Shown: piece after piece, positions 28,903-39,808 of the stretch | How the letters are laid out: each line of letters begins with the position of its first letter | Position numbering within the stretch: position 1 is the stretch's first letter | Assembly: GCA_963707025.1 (NCBI GenBank) | Contig: CAVPOM010000002.1 | Span: 1-64,000 of the forward strand | DNA from: an uncultured Verrucomicrobiae bacterium | GTDB lineage: Bacteria > Verrucomicrobiota > Verrucomicrobiia > Limisphaerales > Palsa-1400 | DNA: 64,000 nucleotides | Direction: 5' to 3' | Notes under the pieces: generated by a model | Database searches by the model: none | Told to the model about the DNA's origin: nothing | What the model saw: only the letters and a program-made list of their open reading frames with translations | Position numbers and translations under genes: made by a program

Positions 28903-31365
28903 ATGAAAAACTCCACCTCAATCAAAGTCTGCCTTTGCCTGCTGGCCGCGGCCTCCCTTTTGGCTGCGTCTTGTGCCACGACCGGACCTAAATCTCCCCC
29001 ACCCCTGCCGGGCGCCGCCGCCGGTCTGGCCGCCGAGAATTCGCCGCTGGATCTGGTCAACCCGCTCATGGGCACGCTCAACCCGGGCGGTCTCTCCAAA
29101 GGCATTACCATTCCTGCCGTCGCCTGGCCCTTTCCCATGAATGCTTGGACGGCCGCGACCGGTTCGGGGAACGGCTATGATTATCAGGCCACCAAGATTA
29201 ACGGCTTTTGGCAAAGACACCTGCATACATCCCGGATGGGCGAGTTTGCCAATTTTTCCTTGATGGCCGTCTTCGGCCAACCGGCGATCACGGCGGCCCA
29301 ACGCGCCTCCTCCTTTACCCATGACAAGGAAATCGCCCAGCCCGGCTACTACAAGGTGCATCTGGACACTTGGAATGCCACGGCGGAATTGACCGCCACG
29401 GAGCGCGCGGCCCGCTTCCGATTCACCTACGAACAGGACGGCGATGGCTACGTGGTTCTGGACGTTGCCCCGGCCGCCAATTCCTCCGTGGAAATCATCC
29501 CGGGCGACAACAAAATCACCGCCATTTCCCGCAACCGGGAGGCTAACGCCAGCCTGCCCAGGGACGGCAGTTTCGGCAATTACATCGTCCTGGTCTTTGA
29601 TCGCCCCTTCGCTGGATTCGGGGTCTTCGCGGGGCCGCCCGGCCGCGGCGGTCGCGGTGGCGGCCAGGAAGCGCCGCCCGCTGAAGGCCTCAAGGCAAAC
29701 GAGACGAAACTGACCGGCCCGCATGTGGGCGCGTACGTGAAATTTGCCACCGGCCCGAACAAGATTGTCGGCTGCAAAGTGGCCTCCTCTTACATCAGCG
29801 CGGAGCAGGCGATGCTCAATCTCCAAAATGAAATTGGCAGCGCGGGTTTCGACAGTGTCCGCCAGCAGGCCGGGGCGCGCTGGAACCAGATGCTGGGGCG
29901 CATCCGCGTGGAAGGCGCCACCGGGCAGGAGCGACGGACCTTCTACAGTTGCCTTTACCGCAGCCTCCTGTTCCCAGAGAAGTTTTACGAGATCAACGCC
30001 CAGGGCAAGCAGGTCCACTACAGCCCGTACGACGGCAAGCTGCATGACGGCCCGCTTTACACGGACAGCGGTTTCTGGGACACCTTCCGCGCGGCGCATC
30101 CTCTTTACAACCTCATTTGCCCGGAAGTCAGCGCCGAGATTCAGCAGAGCCTGGTCAACACCTACCTGGAAAGCGACTGGCTGCCGGAATGGCCGGCGCC
30201 AGGACATAGCGGCGTGATGATCGGGCAGCACTCCTTTTCGCTGCTGGCAGATGCGTGGATGAAAGGCATCCGCGGCTTCGACGCGGCCAAGGCCGTGGAG
30301 GCGATGGTGCATGATGTCACCGGGTCTCCCAGGGGCGCCGTCGGCCGCGACCATGCCAGCGACTACGACCGGCTCGGCTACCTGCCGTATTCCAGCACGC
30401 GCGGCCAGCCGAGCGTTTCGGAGGCGACGGCGAAAACACTGGAGTACGCCTACGACGATTTCTGCGCGGCCCAATTGGCCCACGCCATTGGCAAACAAGC
30501 AGAAGCCGATGCCTTTGCCAAACACGCCATGAATTACACCAATCTTTTTGACACCAACATCGGCTTCATGCGCGAGCGCAGGGCGGACGGTTCGTGGAAC
30601 GAGCCGTTTGCCCCCGAGAATTGGAGCGGCGGATTCACCGAAGGCTCTTCCTGGCATTGGACCTGGTGCGCCTTTCAAGACATCCCCGGGCTGGTCAAGT
30701 TGATGGGCGGCAACGAGGCGTTTGCAAAGAAACTGGACGAAGTTTTCACCACCTCCGCCGATGCCCATCTGGGAGGCTATCATGGTTCCAGCAGCCCCAT
30801 TCACGAGATGCTCGAAATGGTGGCCGGCGACATGGGCCAGTACGCCCACGGCAACGAGCCGGTCCATCACATGATTTACCTTTACGACTACGCCGGCCAG
30901 CCCTGGAAAGCCCAGTCCAAGATCCGCCAGACCATGGCCTTGCTCTACAATGCCACCCCCGACGGCTATTGCGGCGATGAAGACACCGGGCAGATGTCGG
31001 CCTGGTACGTCTTCAGCGCCATGGGCTTCTACCCCGTTTGCCCGGGCGACCCCAATTATATCATCGGCAGCCCTCTGTTTGACAAGGTGAGGGTCCAGTT
31101 GCAGAACGGCAAGACCTTCACCATCACCGCCAAAGGCAACGGTTATCAGGAATATTACATTCGCGGCGCCACCCTGGACGGGGAAACCCTGAACAAGACC
31201 TGGTTTAGCCACAAGGACGTTCTGGAGGGCGCGGAGTTGGTCTTCACCATGAATTCCCAGCCCAACAAGAAATGGGGTTCCTCGCCGGAAAACTTTCCCC
31301 CGTCCGCCCTGGCCACGCTCCTGGGGGTGCCGTCCACCATGCCCGACGCCACCGGCAACAAGTAA
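28903..31365 (+). CDS. GH92 alpha-mannosidase, probable lipoprotein
   Basis: LLAASC lipobox; VNPLMGT, WDTFRA, TLEYAYDD, FTEG, QYAHGNEP, GDEDTGQMSAWYVFSAMGFYPV. Confidence 0.93.
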   Translation: MKNSTSIKVCLCLLAAASLLAASCATTGPKSPPPLPGAAAGLAAENSPLDLVNPLMGTLNPGGLSKGITIPAVAWPFPMNAWTAATGSGNGYDYQATKINGFWQRHLHTSRMGEFANFSLMAVFGQPAITAAQRASSFTHDKEIAQPGYYKVHLDTWNATAELTATERAARFRFTYEQDGDGYVVLDVAPAANSSVEIIPGDNKITAISRNREANASLPRDGSFGNYIVLVFDRPFAGFGVFAGPPGRGGRGGGQEAPPAEGLKANETKLTGPHVGAYVKFATGPNKIVGCKVASSYISAEQAMLNLQNEIGSAGFDSVRQQAGARWNQMLGRIRVEGATGQERRTFYSCLYRSLLFPEKFYEINAQGKQVHYSPYDGKLHDGPLYTDSGFWDTFRAAHPLYNLICPEVSAEIQQSLVNTYLESDWLPEWPAPGHSGVMIGQHSFSLLADAWMKGIRGFDAAKAVEAMVHDVTGSPRGAVGRDHASDYDRLGYLPYSSTRGQPSVSEATAKTLEYAYDDFCAAQLAHAIGKQAEADAFAKHAMNYTNLFDTNIGFMRERRADGSWNEPFAPENWSGGFTEGSSWHWTWCAFQDIPGLVKLMGGNEAFAKKLDEVFTTSADAHLGGYHGSSSPIHEMLEMVAGDMGQYAHGNEPVHHMIYLYDYAGQPWKAQSKIRQTMALLYNATPDGYCGDEDTGQMSAWYVFSAMGFYPVCPGDPNYIIGSPLFDKVRVQLQNGKTFTITAKGNGYQEYYIRGATLDGETLNKTWFSHKDVLEGAELVFTMNSQPNKKWGSSPENFPPSALATLLGVPSTMPDATGNK

Positions 31366-31488
31366 AGGATTTATGTGCGCCAGGAGCAGACACGAAACGG
31401 GACCAAACCCTTGAAGTCATTCCGGTGACCGCGCTGCTGGAAAACAGGCGGGAAGCAGCAAGAATCCAACCGACCAAGATTTACATTT

Positions 31489-32920
31489 ATGACCCCCGCC
31501 ACAACAACTCCTTCCGCCAGCTACAGCTTCGTCATGCGGCTGACTTATCCCAACCGCATTGGTATGTTCGCCAAGCTCACCCAAATCATCGGCCGCCACG
31601 GCGGCGACCTCGGCGCGGTGGACATCGTCAACCCCGACGCCAAGCGCATGACGCGCGACATCACGGTGCGGGCGCGCGACCATGACCACATCCAGGCCAT
31701 CGTCCACGCCATCCACAAACTCAAGGAAGTCATCGTCGCCAACGTTTCGGACCAGGTTTTTCTTCTCCATCTGGGCGGGAAAATTTCCATCCAGAACAAA
31801 GTGCCGTTGACGACGCGGGACACGCTCTCGATGGCCTACACCCCCGGCGTGGCGCGCGTCTGTTCCGCCATTGCCGAACAGCACGCCAAAGTCTGGCCGC
31901 TGACCATCAAAGGCAATTCCGTGGCTGTGGTCAGCGACGGCTCGGCCGTGCTGGGCCTGGGCAACATCGGCCCGGAAGCCGCCATGCCGGTCATGGAGGG
32001 CAAGGCCATGTTGTTCAAGGAATTTGCCGGCATTGACGCCTACCCCATCTGCCTGCGCACGCAGGACACCGCGCAAATCATCCAGACCGTGGCCAATCTC
32101 TCGGTGGGGTTTGGCGGCATCAACCTGGAAGACATCTCCGCGCCGCGCTGTTTTGAAATCGAGCAACGCTTGCAGGAACGGCTGGACATTCCCGTTTTTC
32201 ACGACGACCAGCACGGCACCGCCGTCGTGGTGCTGGCGGCGCTGCTCAACGCCTCCCGTCTGGCGGGCCGCCATCTCGCCTCCCTGCGCATCGTCATTCT
32301 CGGAGCGGGCGCGGCGGGCACCGCCATCGCGGCCATGTTGCTCCACGCCGGCGTCAAAGACATCATCGCCTGTGACCGGCAAGGGAATTCTCCACAGCCG
32401 CGCTCGAACCGATTTGAATGAAGCCAAGACCCAACTCGCCGCCGCCACCAATCCCCGCGGCTTGAGCGGCGGGGTCGAGGATGCCTTGCGCAATGCCGAT
32501 GTTCTGATCGGCGTCTCCGGGCCGGCATTGATCACGCCGAAAGCCTTGCGGCTCATGGCCGCCAAGCCCATTGTTTTTGCCCTGGCCAATCCCACCCCGG
32601 AAATCATGCCGGAGCAAGCCGCGGCCAGGGCCTGGATTGTGGCCACCGGCCGGAGCGACTATCCCAATCAGATCAACAACGTGCTGGCCTTTCCGGGAAT
32701 TTTCCGGGGCGCATTGAACGTGCGCGCCCGCCGCATCAATGAAGCGATGAAGCTGGCTGCGGCCCATGCCATTGCGGGATGTATTGTCCGCCGGCAACTA
32801 AGCGCGGAATACATCGTGCCCAGCGTCTTCAATCGTGAGGTGGTGCAACGGGTCGCCGCCGCCGTCACCGAAGCCGCGGTCAAGACCGGGGTCGCCCGGA
32901 AAGGGCGTCCGCGCCATTGA
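31489..32920 (+). CDS. Malic enzyme with N-terminal ACT domain; frameshift at ~32383-32385
   Basis: [53 protein letters not shown], then FALANP and [18 protein letters not shown] in the next frame; one extra G in AAGGGAATTC. Confidence 0.9.
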
Positions 32921-32953
32921 ACCTAAAACCAAATCTCATAACATTTCCCTCCC

Positions 32954-34084
32954 ATGATCATCGGCGTCCCAAAGGAAATCAAAAACCAGGAGTATCGCGT
33001 CGCCCTGCCGCCTTCCGCGGCCTATCAACTGGCCAAACGCGGCCATCAAATCTTGGTGGAGCATGGGGCCGGCGTCGGTTCCGGATTCGCCGACCCGGAA
33101 TACGCCCTGGCCGGCGCTTCGCTGGTGGACGGTCCGGCCGCCGTGTTCGGTCAGGCGGAGTTGATCGTCAAGGTGAAGGAGCCGCAGCCTTCGGAATTGT
33201 CGCTGCTCCGGCCCGGCCAGGTGCTCTTCACCTACCTGCACCTGGCGGCGGACAAGGCCTTGACCGAGGCGCTCGTCCGGTCCGGCGTGACCGCCATTGC
33301 CTACGAAACGGTCGAGGTCAACCGCCGCCTGCCCTTCCTCGAGCCGATGAGCGAAATCGCCGGGCGCATGAGTGTGCTGGTGGGCGGCTATTTTCTGGCC
33401 AAGCACTATGGCGGCAGCGGCACTCTCCTCGGAGGCGTGCCGGGCGTTCTGGCGGGCAAAGTCGTCGTTCTGGGCGGCGGCTCGGCCGGGATCAACGCCG
33501 CCCGCATGGCCACCGGCTTGGGCGCGGACGTGACCATCCTGGAAGTGGACATCGAGCGCATGCGCTATCTGGACATCACCCTGCATAATGCCCACACGCT
33601 TTACTCGGACGAATCGCACCTGTTGCAGATGTTGCCGGGCACCGACCTGCTCATCGGGGCGGTGCTCCTGCCCGGCGCCAAGGCGCCCAAGCTGATCCGC
33701 CGCGACATGCTCCGCCTCATGCGCCCGGGCAGCGTGCTGGTGGACATTGCCATTGACCAGGGCGGCTGCGCGGAAACCTCCCGCCCGACCACGCACGAGC
33801 AACCGGTCTTCGTGGAAGAGGGCGTGACGCATTATTGCGTGGCCAACATGCCCGGCGCCTACGCCCGCACCGCCACCCAGGCGCTGACCAATGCCACCTA
33901 TCGCTACATCGAAATGCTGGCGGATTACGGACTCATCGAGGCCTGCCGTCAGCAGCCCGCGCTGCTGGGAGGCATCAACGTCATGGCCGGCCAGGTCACC
34001 CATCCCGCCGTGGCCTGCGCGCACGGGTTGCCCTGCCAGCCGCCGCCTCAAACTCCATCATCCTGTGCCAGCGCCTCGTCATAA
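32954..34084 (+). CDS. ald: Alanine dehydrogenase
   Basis: [55 protein letters not shown]. Confidence 0.96.
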   Translation: MIIGVPKEIKNQEYRVALPPSAAYQLAKRGHQILVEHGAGVGSGFADPEYALAGASLVDGPAAVFGQAELIVKVKEPQPSELSLLRPGQVLFTYLHLAADKALTEALVRSGVTAIAYETVEVNRRLPFLEPMSEIAGRMSVLVGGYFLAKHYGGSGTLLGGVPGVLAGKVVVLGGGSAGINAARMATGLGADVTILEVDIERMRYLDITLHNAHTLYSDESHLLQMLPGTDLLIGAVLLPGAKAPKLIRRDMLRLMRPGSVLVDIAIDQGGCAETSRPTTHEQPVFVEEGVTHYCVANMPGAYARTATQALTNATYRYIEMLADYGLIEACRQQPALLGGINVMAGQVTHPAVACAHGLPCQPPPQTPSSCASASS

Positions 34085-34342
34085 TGTTGGCGCGCCCTTT
34101 TTTCGCAGTGGGCACCGGCACGGTCGGACCTGGTTCAATTAAGCCGTGAACCATGGACAGACGAATTTCCTTCTGATAACTGGTTTTCTCGAAAGTGGCG
34201 CATTCTCCTGCCGGAACCAAGCGGCCTTGGGCGGGGTTAAATCCTCCACGGTGCGGTCGGCAAAGGGCAATTCGTGAACAAAATCGTAATTCTATAAACC
34301 CGCCTTTTGCCTTGTTCACGCCGCGCTGGAAGGAAAACAGTT

Positions 34343-34720
34343 ATGATAAACAAAATCACCCGCAAAACCGGGTTCACCCTGGTCGAAATCATGATCGTGG
34401 TGGCCATCATCGGACTCCTGGCGGCGATCGCCATTCCAAACTTCGTGCGTGCGCGTCAGACAGCCCAGATGAACACCTGCATCAGCAACCTGCGCTGCAT
34501 TGACGATGCCAAGCAGGAATGGGCCTTGGAACAGCGCCGGCAGAACACGGACACGCCGCTGGGCAGCGATCTCCAGCCCTGCTTGGGCCGCACCGCGGCC
34601 GGCAGTTTGCCGTGCTGTCCGGCGGACGGGGCGCAGAGCTTCGCCACCAGTTATGCTCCGCAAAGCGTGGGGGCCAAGGCCGTGTGCCTGATCCTCCCCG
34701 CAACGCACGTCCTGCCGTAA
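34343..34720 (+). CDS. Type IV pilin/pseudopilin-like protein
   Basis: G-FTLVEIMIVVAIIGLLAAIAIPNF prepilin cleavage/methylation motif; CISNLR. Confidence 0.9.
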   Translation: MINKITRKTGFTLVEIMIVVAIIGLLAAIAIPNFVRARQTAQMNTCISNLRCIDDAKQEWALEQRRQNTDTPLGSDLQPCLGRTAAGSLPCCPADGAQSFATSYAPQSVGAKAVCLILPATHVLP

Positions 34721-34752
34721 CCGTCCTGGAGAGCCGTGCCGGCGGGATTAAG

Positions 34753-34780
34753 AAACAGGGCGCAAGGGCGCGCCCTGTTT
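34753..34780. terminator. Probable bidirectional intrinsic terminator
   Basis: AAACAGGGCGC-AAGGGC-GCGCCCTGTTT 11-bp stem between convergent genes. Confidence 0.6.
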
Positions 34781-34800
34781 GGTTCTATGCTCCTTCGCGC

Positions 34801-35091
34801 TCAGTGCGAGTGCGCTGTGGTGAAGGCGGGGTTGGTCTTTTCCTTCAAACGGGAAATGGGCCGCGGTCGCGGGGCTGTTGCGGATGCCGGCGGCGCCAAC
34901 ACCGCCGCGCGGTTCTGCTCATCGTAGAGGGCCGATTCCTTTTCCAGAAGCTGGGTTACTAAGAACAAAATGAACAAAATCGCGCCCAAGGGAAAACCCA
35001 GGTCAAAGAAGACATTGGACCGGGCATGGCTGAAGCCGATGGCAAATGCCAGGAGAGACAGGCCCACGAAGCCATATTTCCATTTCAACAT
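34801..35091 (-). CDS. Small two-TM hypothetical membrane protein
   Basis: MLKWKYGFVGLSLLAFAIG...LGAILFILFLVTQLLEKESALYDEQ. Confidence 0.65.
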   Translation of the reverse strand: MLKWKYGFVGLSLLAFAIGFSHARSNVFFDLGFPLGAILFILFLVTQLLEKESALYDEQNRAAVLAPPASATAPRPRPISRLKEKTNPAFTTAHSH

Positions 35092-35653
35092 AGGTTTCAA
35101 CTCCGGCTCGGTTTTCCGCAATGGTGTTCGTCCTTGCGGAGTTAATCCAGGCCAGGAGGGTCGTCCGCGATTGCGGCGTATTGGAGAAAGCACGACCCAT
35201 CCTGCCAGCCCGTGAAAAAGTCAGGGCGCGCCCAAGACGCGCCCTGGTCGCAGTTATTTAATCCAGTAAACTCAGGGGGATAGAGTTGTGGCGTGGCCTG
35301 GATGTGCAGTTGTCTGAGAAGAAAGTGTTTGACCGCGACGGCCCGCTCAAGCGCCAGTCGCCGCCACGTTGGCGCGCTGCGCTGCTTCAGGTTGACTGCT
35401 GCGGCATTTCTTATCATTACCGCCTCAACATGGCTTAAGGGCAGGGGCGCGCGCTCCTCAAATTTTGGGAAAAATACACCCGATTTTGCTCGCCTTAAAA
35501 CGTCCATTTCAACTCAAATACTCCACGGCAAACCGGACGGCGCAGCCCGCCGTCCTTGTCGCCAGGCCGGGGAAACAAAAAAGGTCAAGCATCCCGCAAA
35601 AACGGGGGAGCCGGCCAGCCGGTTCGGCGACAGACTGCTGAAAAAGGATTTTT

Positions 35654-36949
35654 ATGCGACGAGAAGATCGAACCGAAGTTCTGGTGGCGGGCGCAGGCCC
35701 GGTCGGCATGTTTACGGCGCTCCGGTTGGCGGAGAGCGGGATTGCAGTCCAGTTGATTGACCAGGAGTCACGCACCGCCGGACGCAGTTACGCTTGCGCC
35801 TTGCACCCGGGCACGCTGCAATTGCTGGACGAGGTGGGCGTGGCCCGCGAGGCGATCCAACGCGGACAACGAATCGAAACGGTGGCTTTTTACGAAGGAT
35901 CCCTGCGGCGCGCCGAAGTCAAGCTGTCCCAGTTGCCGGTGCAGTTTCCTTTTGTGCTCGTTTTGACGCAAAGCCTCCTGGAAGACTTGCTGGAAAAAAA
36001 ACTCAAGGAGCGGGGCGGCCTCAAGGTGCATTGGAATCACCGGCTGACGGATTTGGGGATGAAAGACGGGGCCGCCGCGGCCACCATCGAAGAGATGGCC
36101 CTGGCGGGCAAAGGCTACATCGTGCCGGGGTTTGAGTTGGAGGTGAAAAAAACCGTCTCGGCCCGCGCGGATTTCGTGGTGGGCGCGGATGGCCAGAATT
36201 CCGTCGTCCGGCAACGGCTTGGCATCGCCAGCCAGGAGGTGGGGGAGCCGGAGCTTTTCACGGTTTACGAACTGGAAACGGCGGCCACGCTGCCCCCGGA
36301 AATGAGCATCGTGTTCCACGAACAAACCGTCAGCGTGTTGTGGCCCTTCGCCGCCAACAAGTGCCGCTGGAGTTTTCAATGGTCGCAGGCGGACGCTCCG
36401 GCCGACTTCCCGCAGAAGGACCGCAACCGGTTCACCATCGCGGAATCTCCCGGCGAGAAGGACAGCCGGCACCAGGTGCAACAACTCTTGGCGGCGCGGG
36501 CTCCGTGGTTCCAGGCCGGCATCAAGGCGGTTGGCTGGGGCGCCGACATCCAATTCGCGCATCGCCTGGCGCGGCCATTTGGCCGGGAGCGGGCGTGGCT
36601 GGCGGGCGATGCCGCCCATCAGACCGGGCCGGTCGGCATGCAGAGCATGAACATGGGCATGCGCGAGGGCGCGGACCTGGCCGCCAAACTCAAACGGATT
36701 CTGCGCGAAAAAGGTTCGCCGGATTTGTTGGAAGCCTACAATCTCGAACACCGGACGGAATGGGAGCAATTGCTGGGTCTGAAAGGCGATCCCAAGGCGG
36801 GCGCCACGACCGGCGCCTGGGTCCGCCAGCGCTGTGGCAGGCTGTCCTCATGCCTTCCGGCCCTGGGCAAGGATTTGACCTTGCTCTTGCGCCAGTTGGG
36901 ACTGGAATTTGAGTACGCCGGCCTGCCCGAGGTTCCCGCCAGGAGTTAA
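35654..36949 (+). CDS. FAD-dependent monooxygenase (PHBH/UbiH-like fold)
   Basis: VLVAGAGPVG, VVGADGQNSVVR, WLAGDAAH...GMQSMNMG. Confidence 0.9.
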   Translation: MRREDRTEVLVAGAGPVGMFTALRLAESGIAVQLIDQESRTAGRSYACALHPGTLQLLDEVGVAREAIQRGQRIETVAFYEGSLRRAEVKLSQLPVQFPFVLVLTQSLLEDLLEKKLKERGGLKVHWNHRLTDLGMKDGAAAATIEEMALAGKGYIVPGFELEVKKTVSARADFVVGADGQNSVVRQRLGIASQEVGEPELFTVYELETAATLPPEMSIVFHEQTVSVLWPFAANKCRWSFQWSQADAPADFPQKDRNRFTIAESPGEKDSRHQVQQLLAARAPWFQAGIKAVGWGADIQFAHRLARPFGRERAWLAGDAAHQTGPVGMQSMNMGMREGADLAAKLKRILREKGSPDLLEAYNLEHRTEWEQLLGLKGDPKAGATTGAWVRQRCGRLSSCLPALGKDLTLLLRQLGLEFEYAGLPEVPARS

Positions 36950-37142
36950 TGCCGGTGATCCCGGTTGAATTTGCCGGGGCCATTGCTGGACAACTGCGCG
37001 ATTGATTTGCGGCCGTCCGGCCGAATGCGCCGGGCGGATTTTGGCTGAAACCTGGCCCGTTTTCACGGCCAAATATGGCCAGCAAATGCCAAGGATGGTG
37101 TGGCGGCGGGGAGGGCGTCCGGGTAAATTGACGTTGAACATT

Positions 37143-37706
37143 ATGAGAATTAAACCCACGGCAGAAGCCGGCCAGGTGCTCGTCCAACTGGACCGGAAGG
37201 ACGAAGTTTTGCTGGAGCAAGCAGCCGCTCTTCACCGTCGGCAGGCCACCGTGGTCAGCCTGAAAAGAATTCTGGTGCCGGTGGACTTTTCGTCTTGCTC
37301 CAAGGAGGCGCTGGATTTCGCAGCGCTGCTGGCGCGGCAGTTCGGCGCGAGCCTGACTGTTCTTAATGTGGTCACTCCCTATTACGCGGTGGATCCTTAT
37401 GGGATGAATCCCCCCGGTGACTTCGAACCCGATCTGGTGTCTTGCGCCAACAAGCAGCTGGATCACCTGGTCGGCCAGGCCTTGCCGCCGGAAGTGGCAG
37501 CGCAGACGTTGGTGCGCCGGGGCCGTCCGGCCAATGAAATTATCGAGGCGGCCAAGGATCTGGACGCCGACCTCATCGTCATCCCGACCCACGGGCACAC
37601 GGGCTTGCAACACGTCGTCTTTGGGAGCACGGCCGAATATGTCGTGCGCCATGCCATGTGCCCCGTGCTCACCCTGCGGGCCAAAGGACAGAAACCGGAG
37701 GAATAA
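37143..37706 (+). CDS. Universal stress protein
   Basis: ILVPVDFS..S..AL, ADLIVIPTHGHTG, FGSTAEYVVRHAMCPVL. Confidence 0.92.
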   Translation: MRIKPTAEAGQVLVQLDRKDEVLLEQAAALHRRQATVVSLKRILVPVDFSSCSKEALDFAALLARQFGASLTVLNVVTPYYAVDPYGMNPPGDFEPDLVSCANKQLDHLVGQALPPEVAAQTLVRRGRPANEIIEAAKDLDADLIVIPTHGHTGLQHVVFGSTAEYVVRHAMCPVLTLRAKGQKPEE

Positions 37707-37708
37707 AT

Positions 37709-38602
37709 ATGTCCGCGAAACTGTGTGTCAGCGAAGAGGCCAAAGAAATGCGCGCTCCACAGGCCGGCACGGCATCTGGATGCGCGCGCGATTTCCTCGG
37801 CCATCGGTTTGTTTATGTCGTCATTTCGGCCCGGGCGGGCGGCCTTTCCATCGGGCTGAACATGAATCCGGACAAGTCGTGCAACTTCGATTGCGTTTAC
37901 TGCGAGGTCACCCGCGAGTCCCGGCCGGTCGAGCGTGAACTGGATGTTGGCCTCATGGCGGAGGAATTGGAGAAGACCCTGGTCCTGATCCATTCCGGGG
38001 AAATTCGCCACCTGGCCGGTTACGGCACCTTGAGCGCCGACTTGCTGCGATTGCGCCATGTCGCTTTCAGCGGCGATGGCGAGCCGACCTTGTGCCCGAA
38101 CTTTGCCGAGGCGGTCCAGGAGGTGGTGCATGTGCGGGCGCGGCGAGTGCTTCCTTTTTTCAAGTTGGTCCTCATCACCAACGGCACGGGCCTGGATTCG
38201 GAGCCGGTGCAGGACGGCCTGCGCTACTTTACCCGCGAGGACGAAATCTGGATCAAGCTCGACGCCGGCACGCAGGATTGCATGGACCGGATCAACCGGA
38301 GCGCCATCCCGCTGGATAAAGTCATGGAAAACGCCTGGCTGATTGGCCGCAAACGCCCCATCATCATCCAAAGTTTGTTCCCCCTCCTCGGCGGATGGGA
38401 ACCGCTGCCGGAAGAGATTGACGAATACATCCAGCGCCTGCACGAACTCAAGGAGGGCGGCGCGATGATTTCCCTGGTCCAGATCTATTCGGCGACCCGT
38501 CCGGCGGCGCACCCCGATTGCGGGCACATCCCCCTGCAAAGTCTGGCCCGCATCTGCCGGCGCGTCAAAGCCGAGACCGGATTGCCAGCGGAAGTGTTCT
38601 GA
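37709..38602 (+). CDS. Radical SAM protein
   Basis: GLSIGLNMNPDKSCNFDCVYC (CxxxCxxC), FSGDGEPT, LITNG, IKLDAG. Confidence 0.9.
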   Translation: MSAKLCVSEEAKEMRAPQAGTASGCARDFLGHRFVYVVISARAGGLSIGLNMNPDKSCNFDCVYCEVTRESRPVERELDVGLMAEELEKTLVLIHSGEIRHLAGYGTLSADLLRLRHVAFSGDGEPTLCPNFAEAVQEVVHVRARRVLPFFKLVLITNGTGLDSEPVQDGLRYFTREDEIWIKLDAGTQDCMDRINRSAIPLDKVMENAWLIGRKRPIIIQSLFPLLGGWEPLPEEIDEYIQRLHELKEGGAMISLVQIYSATRPAAHPDCGHIPLQSLARICRRVKAETGLPAEVF

Positions 38603-38623
38603 GGGAGAGGCCGCCCAGGGCCC

Positions 38624-39562
38624 TCAAGCCGAAGCCAACTGTCCCCGGTATTCCGTCGGCGATTGTCCCATGATTTTCTTAAACACGCGGTTGAAGTGGG
38701 TTAAGGACTGGAAGCCGACTTCATAGGCGATCTCACTCACGCGCAGGTTGCGGTTGAGCAGGAGATTCTTCGCCTTTTCCACGCGGATGCGCGGAACGTA
38801 GTCGGTAAAATTCAGGCCGGTGGACTTCTTGAACATCTTGCAGAAATAAAAGATGCTGGTGTTGACCGCTTTGGCCACCTGGCCCAGCGACAGGTCTTCG
38901 GCCTGGTTGTCGTGGATGAACTGCCGGGCGCGGGTGATGGCCGGCGGCTCGCTATTTTCGCGCTGGACCAGAATCTGGTTGCTCACCATGGAGATATGCT
39001 GCGCAAAGATCCAGAGCAGCTTCACCACCCCGTCGTGCTGCCGGGACGACAGCACCTTCGTGCCGAAATACGCCTTTTTGAGGCGGTCGGTGGCAATTCC
39101 CATCCCCCAATCCGCCGTCAGCCGGGCGGTGTGTTGGAACTGGGTTGTCGTCGGCGTCTTCCGAAAAATCTGGCCGGTTTGGAGAAAGCCCACCAGCCGC
39201 TCCCCCGTGCGAATCGGCACCGCCGTGTCGCTCAGTCCCAACTCGCATGTCAGGGTTTGCGGTTCGTGCTGGGCGTGGTCCGAAAGCCGTTGTTGCAGGC
39301 GCAGGCACGCCGCGCAAGAGCGGCTTTTGGCGGACATCATCGCGCAAAACGGGTTCTCGTGCCGCTTGCCCCGATGCGGCAACTGCCAGGATTCGACCGG
39401 CCGCAAGGAAACCGGCAGCCCGGTCGTCTCGCTGAAGGCCCGTTCATAATCCTGGTAGATCCTCGAATGGCTCAGCGACTGCACCAGGTCCGCCCCATCC
39501 CCGGCAAAATACTCGTGCTGCCTGGCGGTCAGCGCGCGATTTTGAGCAGATTTTGATCTCAT
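38624..39562 (-). CDS. AraC-family regulator with PocR-like sensor domain
   Basis: FSETTGLP, NPFC...CAAC, TCELGL..TAVP...GFLQTGQ; C-terminal AraC HTH (EIAYEVGFQSLTHFNRVFKK). Confidence 0.92.
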   Translation of the reverse strand: MRSKSAQNRALTARQHEYFAGDGADLVQSLSHSRIYQDYERAFSETTGLPVSLRPVESWQLPHRGKRHENPFCAMMSAKSRSCAACLRLQQRLSDHAQHEPQTLTCELGLSDTAVPIRTGERLVGFLQTGQIFRKTPTTTQFQHTARLTADWGMGIATDRLKKAYFGTKVLSSRQHDGVVKLLWIFAQHISMVSNQILVQRENSEPPAITRARQFIHDNQAEDLSLGQVAKAVNTSIFYFCKMFKKSTGLNFTDYVPRIRVEKAKNLLLNRNLRVSEIAYEVGFQSLTHFNRVFKKIMGQSPTEYRGQLASA

Positions 39563-39808
39563 CCCGCCAAAATAAGCTAAGCTTCTGGCCGCGACAATCG
39601 GGAGCAAACCCAAAGCCGCCCTGGCGAATATAACTATCCAGACTAAGGAATTTCCCTAGCCTGGGCAATGCCAGCGAGCGCCGCCGGCCAACCAGCTTGA
39701 GCCGAAAAAGCGTGTCCGAATTGCCGCCCCGCATCCGCGCAGCCTGTCCTGCCACAGCTTCCGGGCGGCGGCAGAAGAACTCATCCTCTGGTTGGTGAAG
39801 GCCGCCTT

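Noticed and set aside
6030..31212. Long antisense ORFs (e.g. 6030..8159+, 21314..22906+, 25231..27042+, 28918..31212-)
   Set aside because: Shadow frames opposite well-supported genes, as expected in GC-rich DNA; no motifs.
8920..32390. Programmed frameshifting or phase variation in GH3 and the malic enzyme
   Set aside because: Runs are only ~3 nt with no slippery heptamer; same signature as the other likely sequencing indels.
35142..35507. Possible small minus-strand ORF
   Set aside because: No recognisable motif, and it runs through a hairpin; insufficient support.
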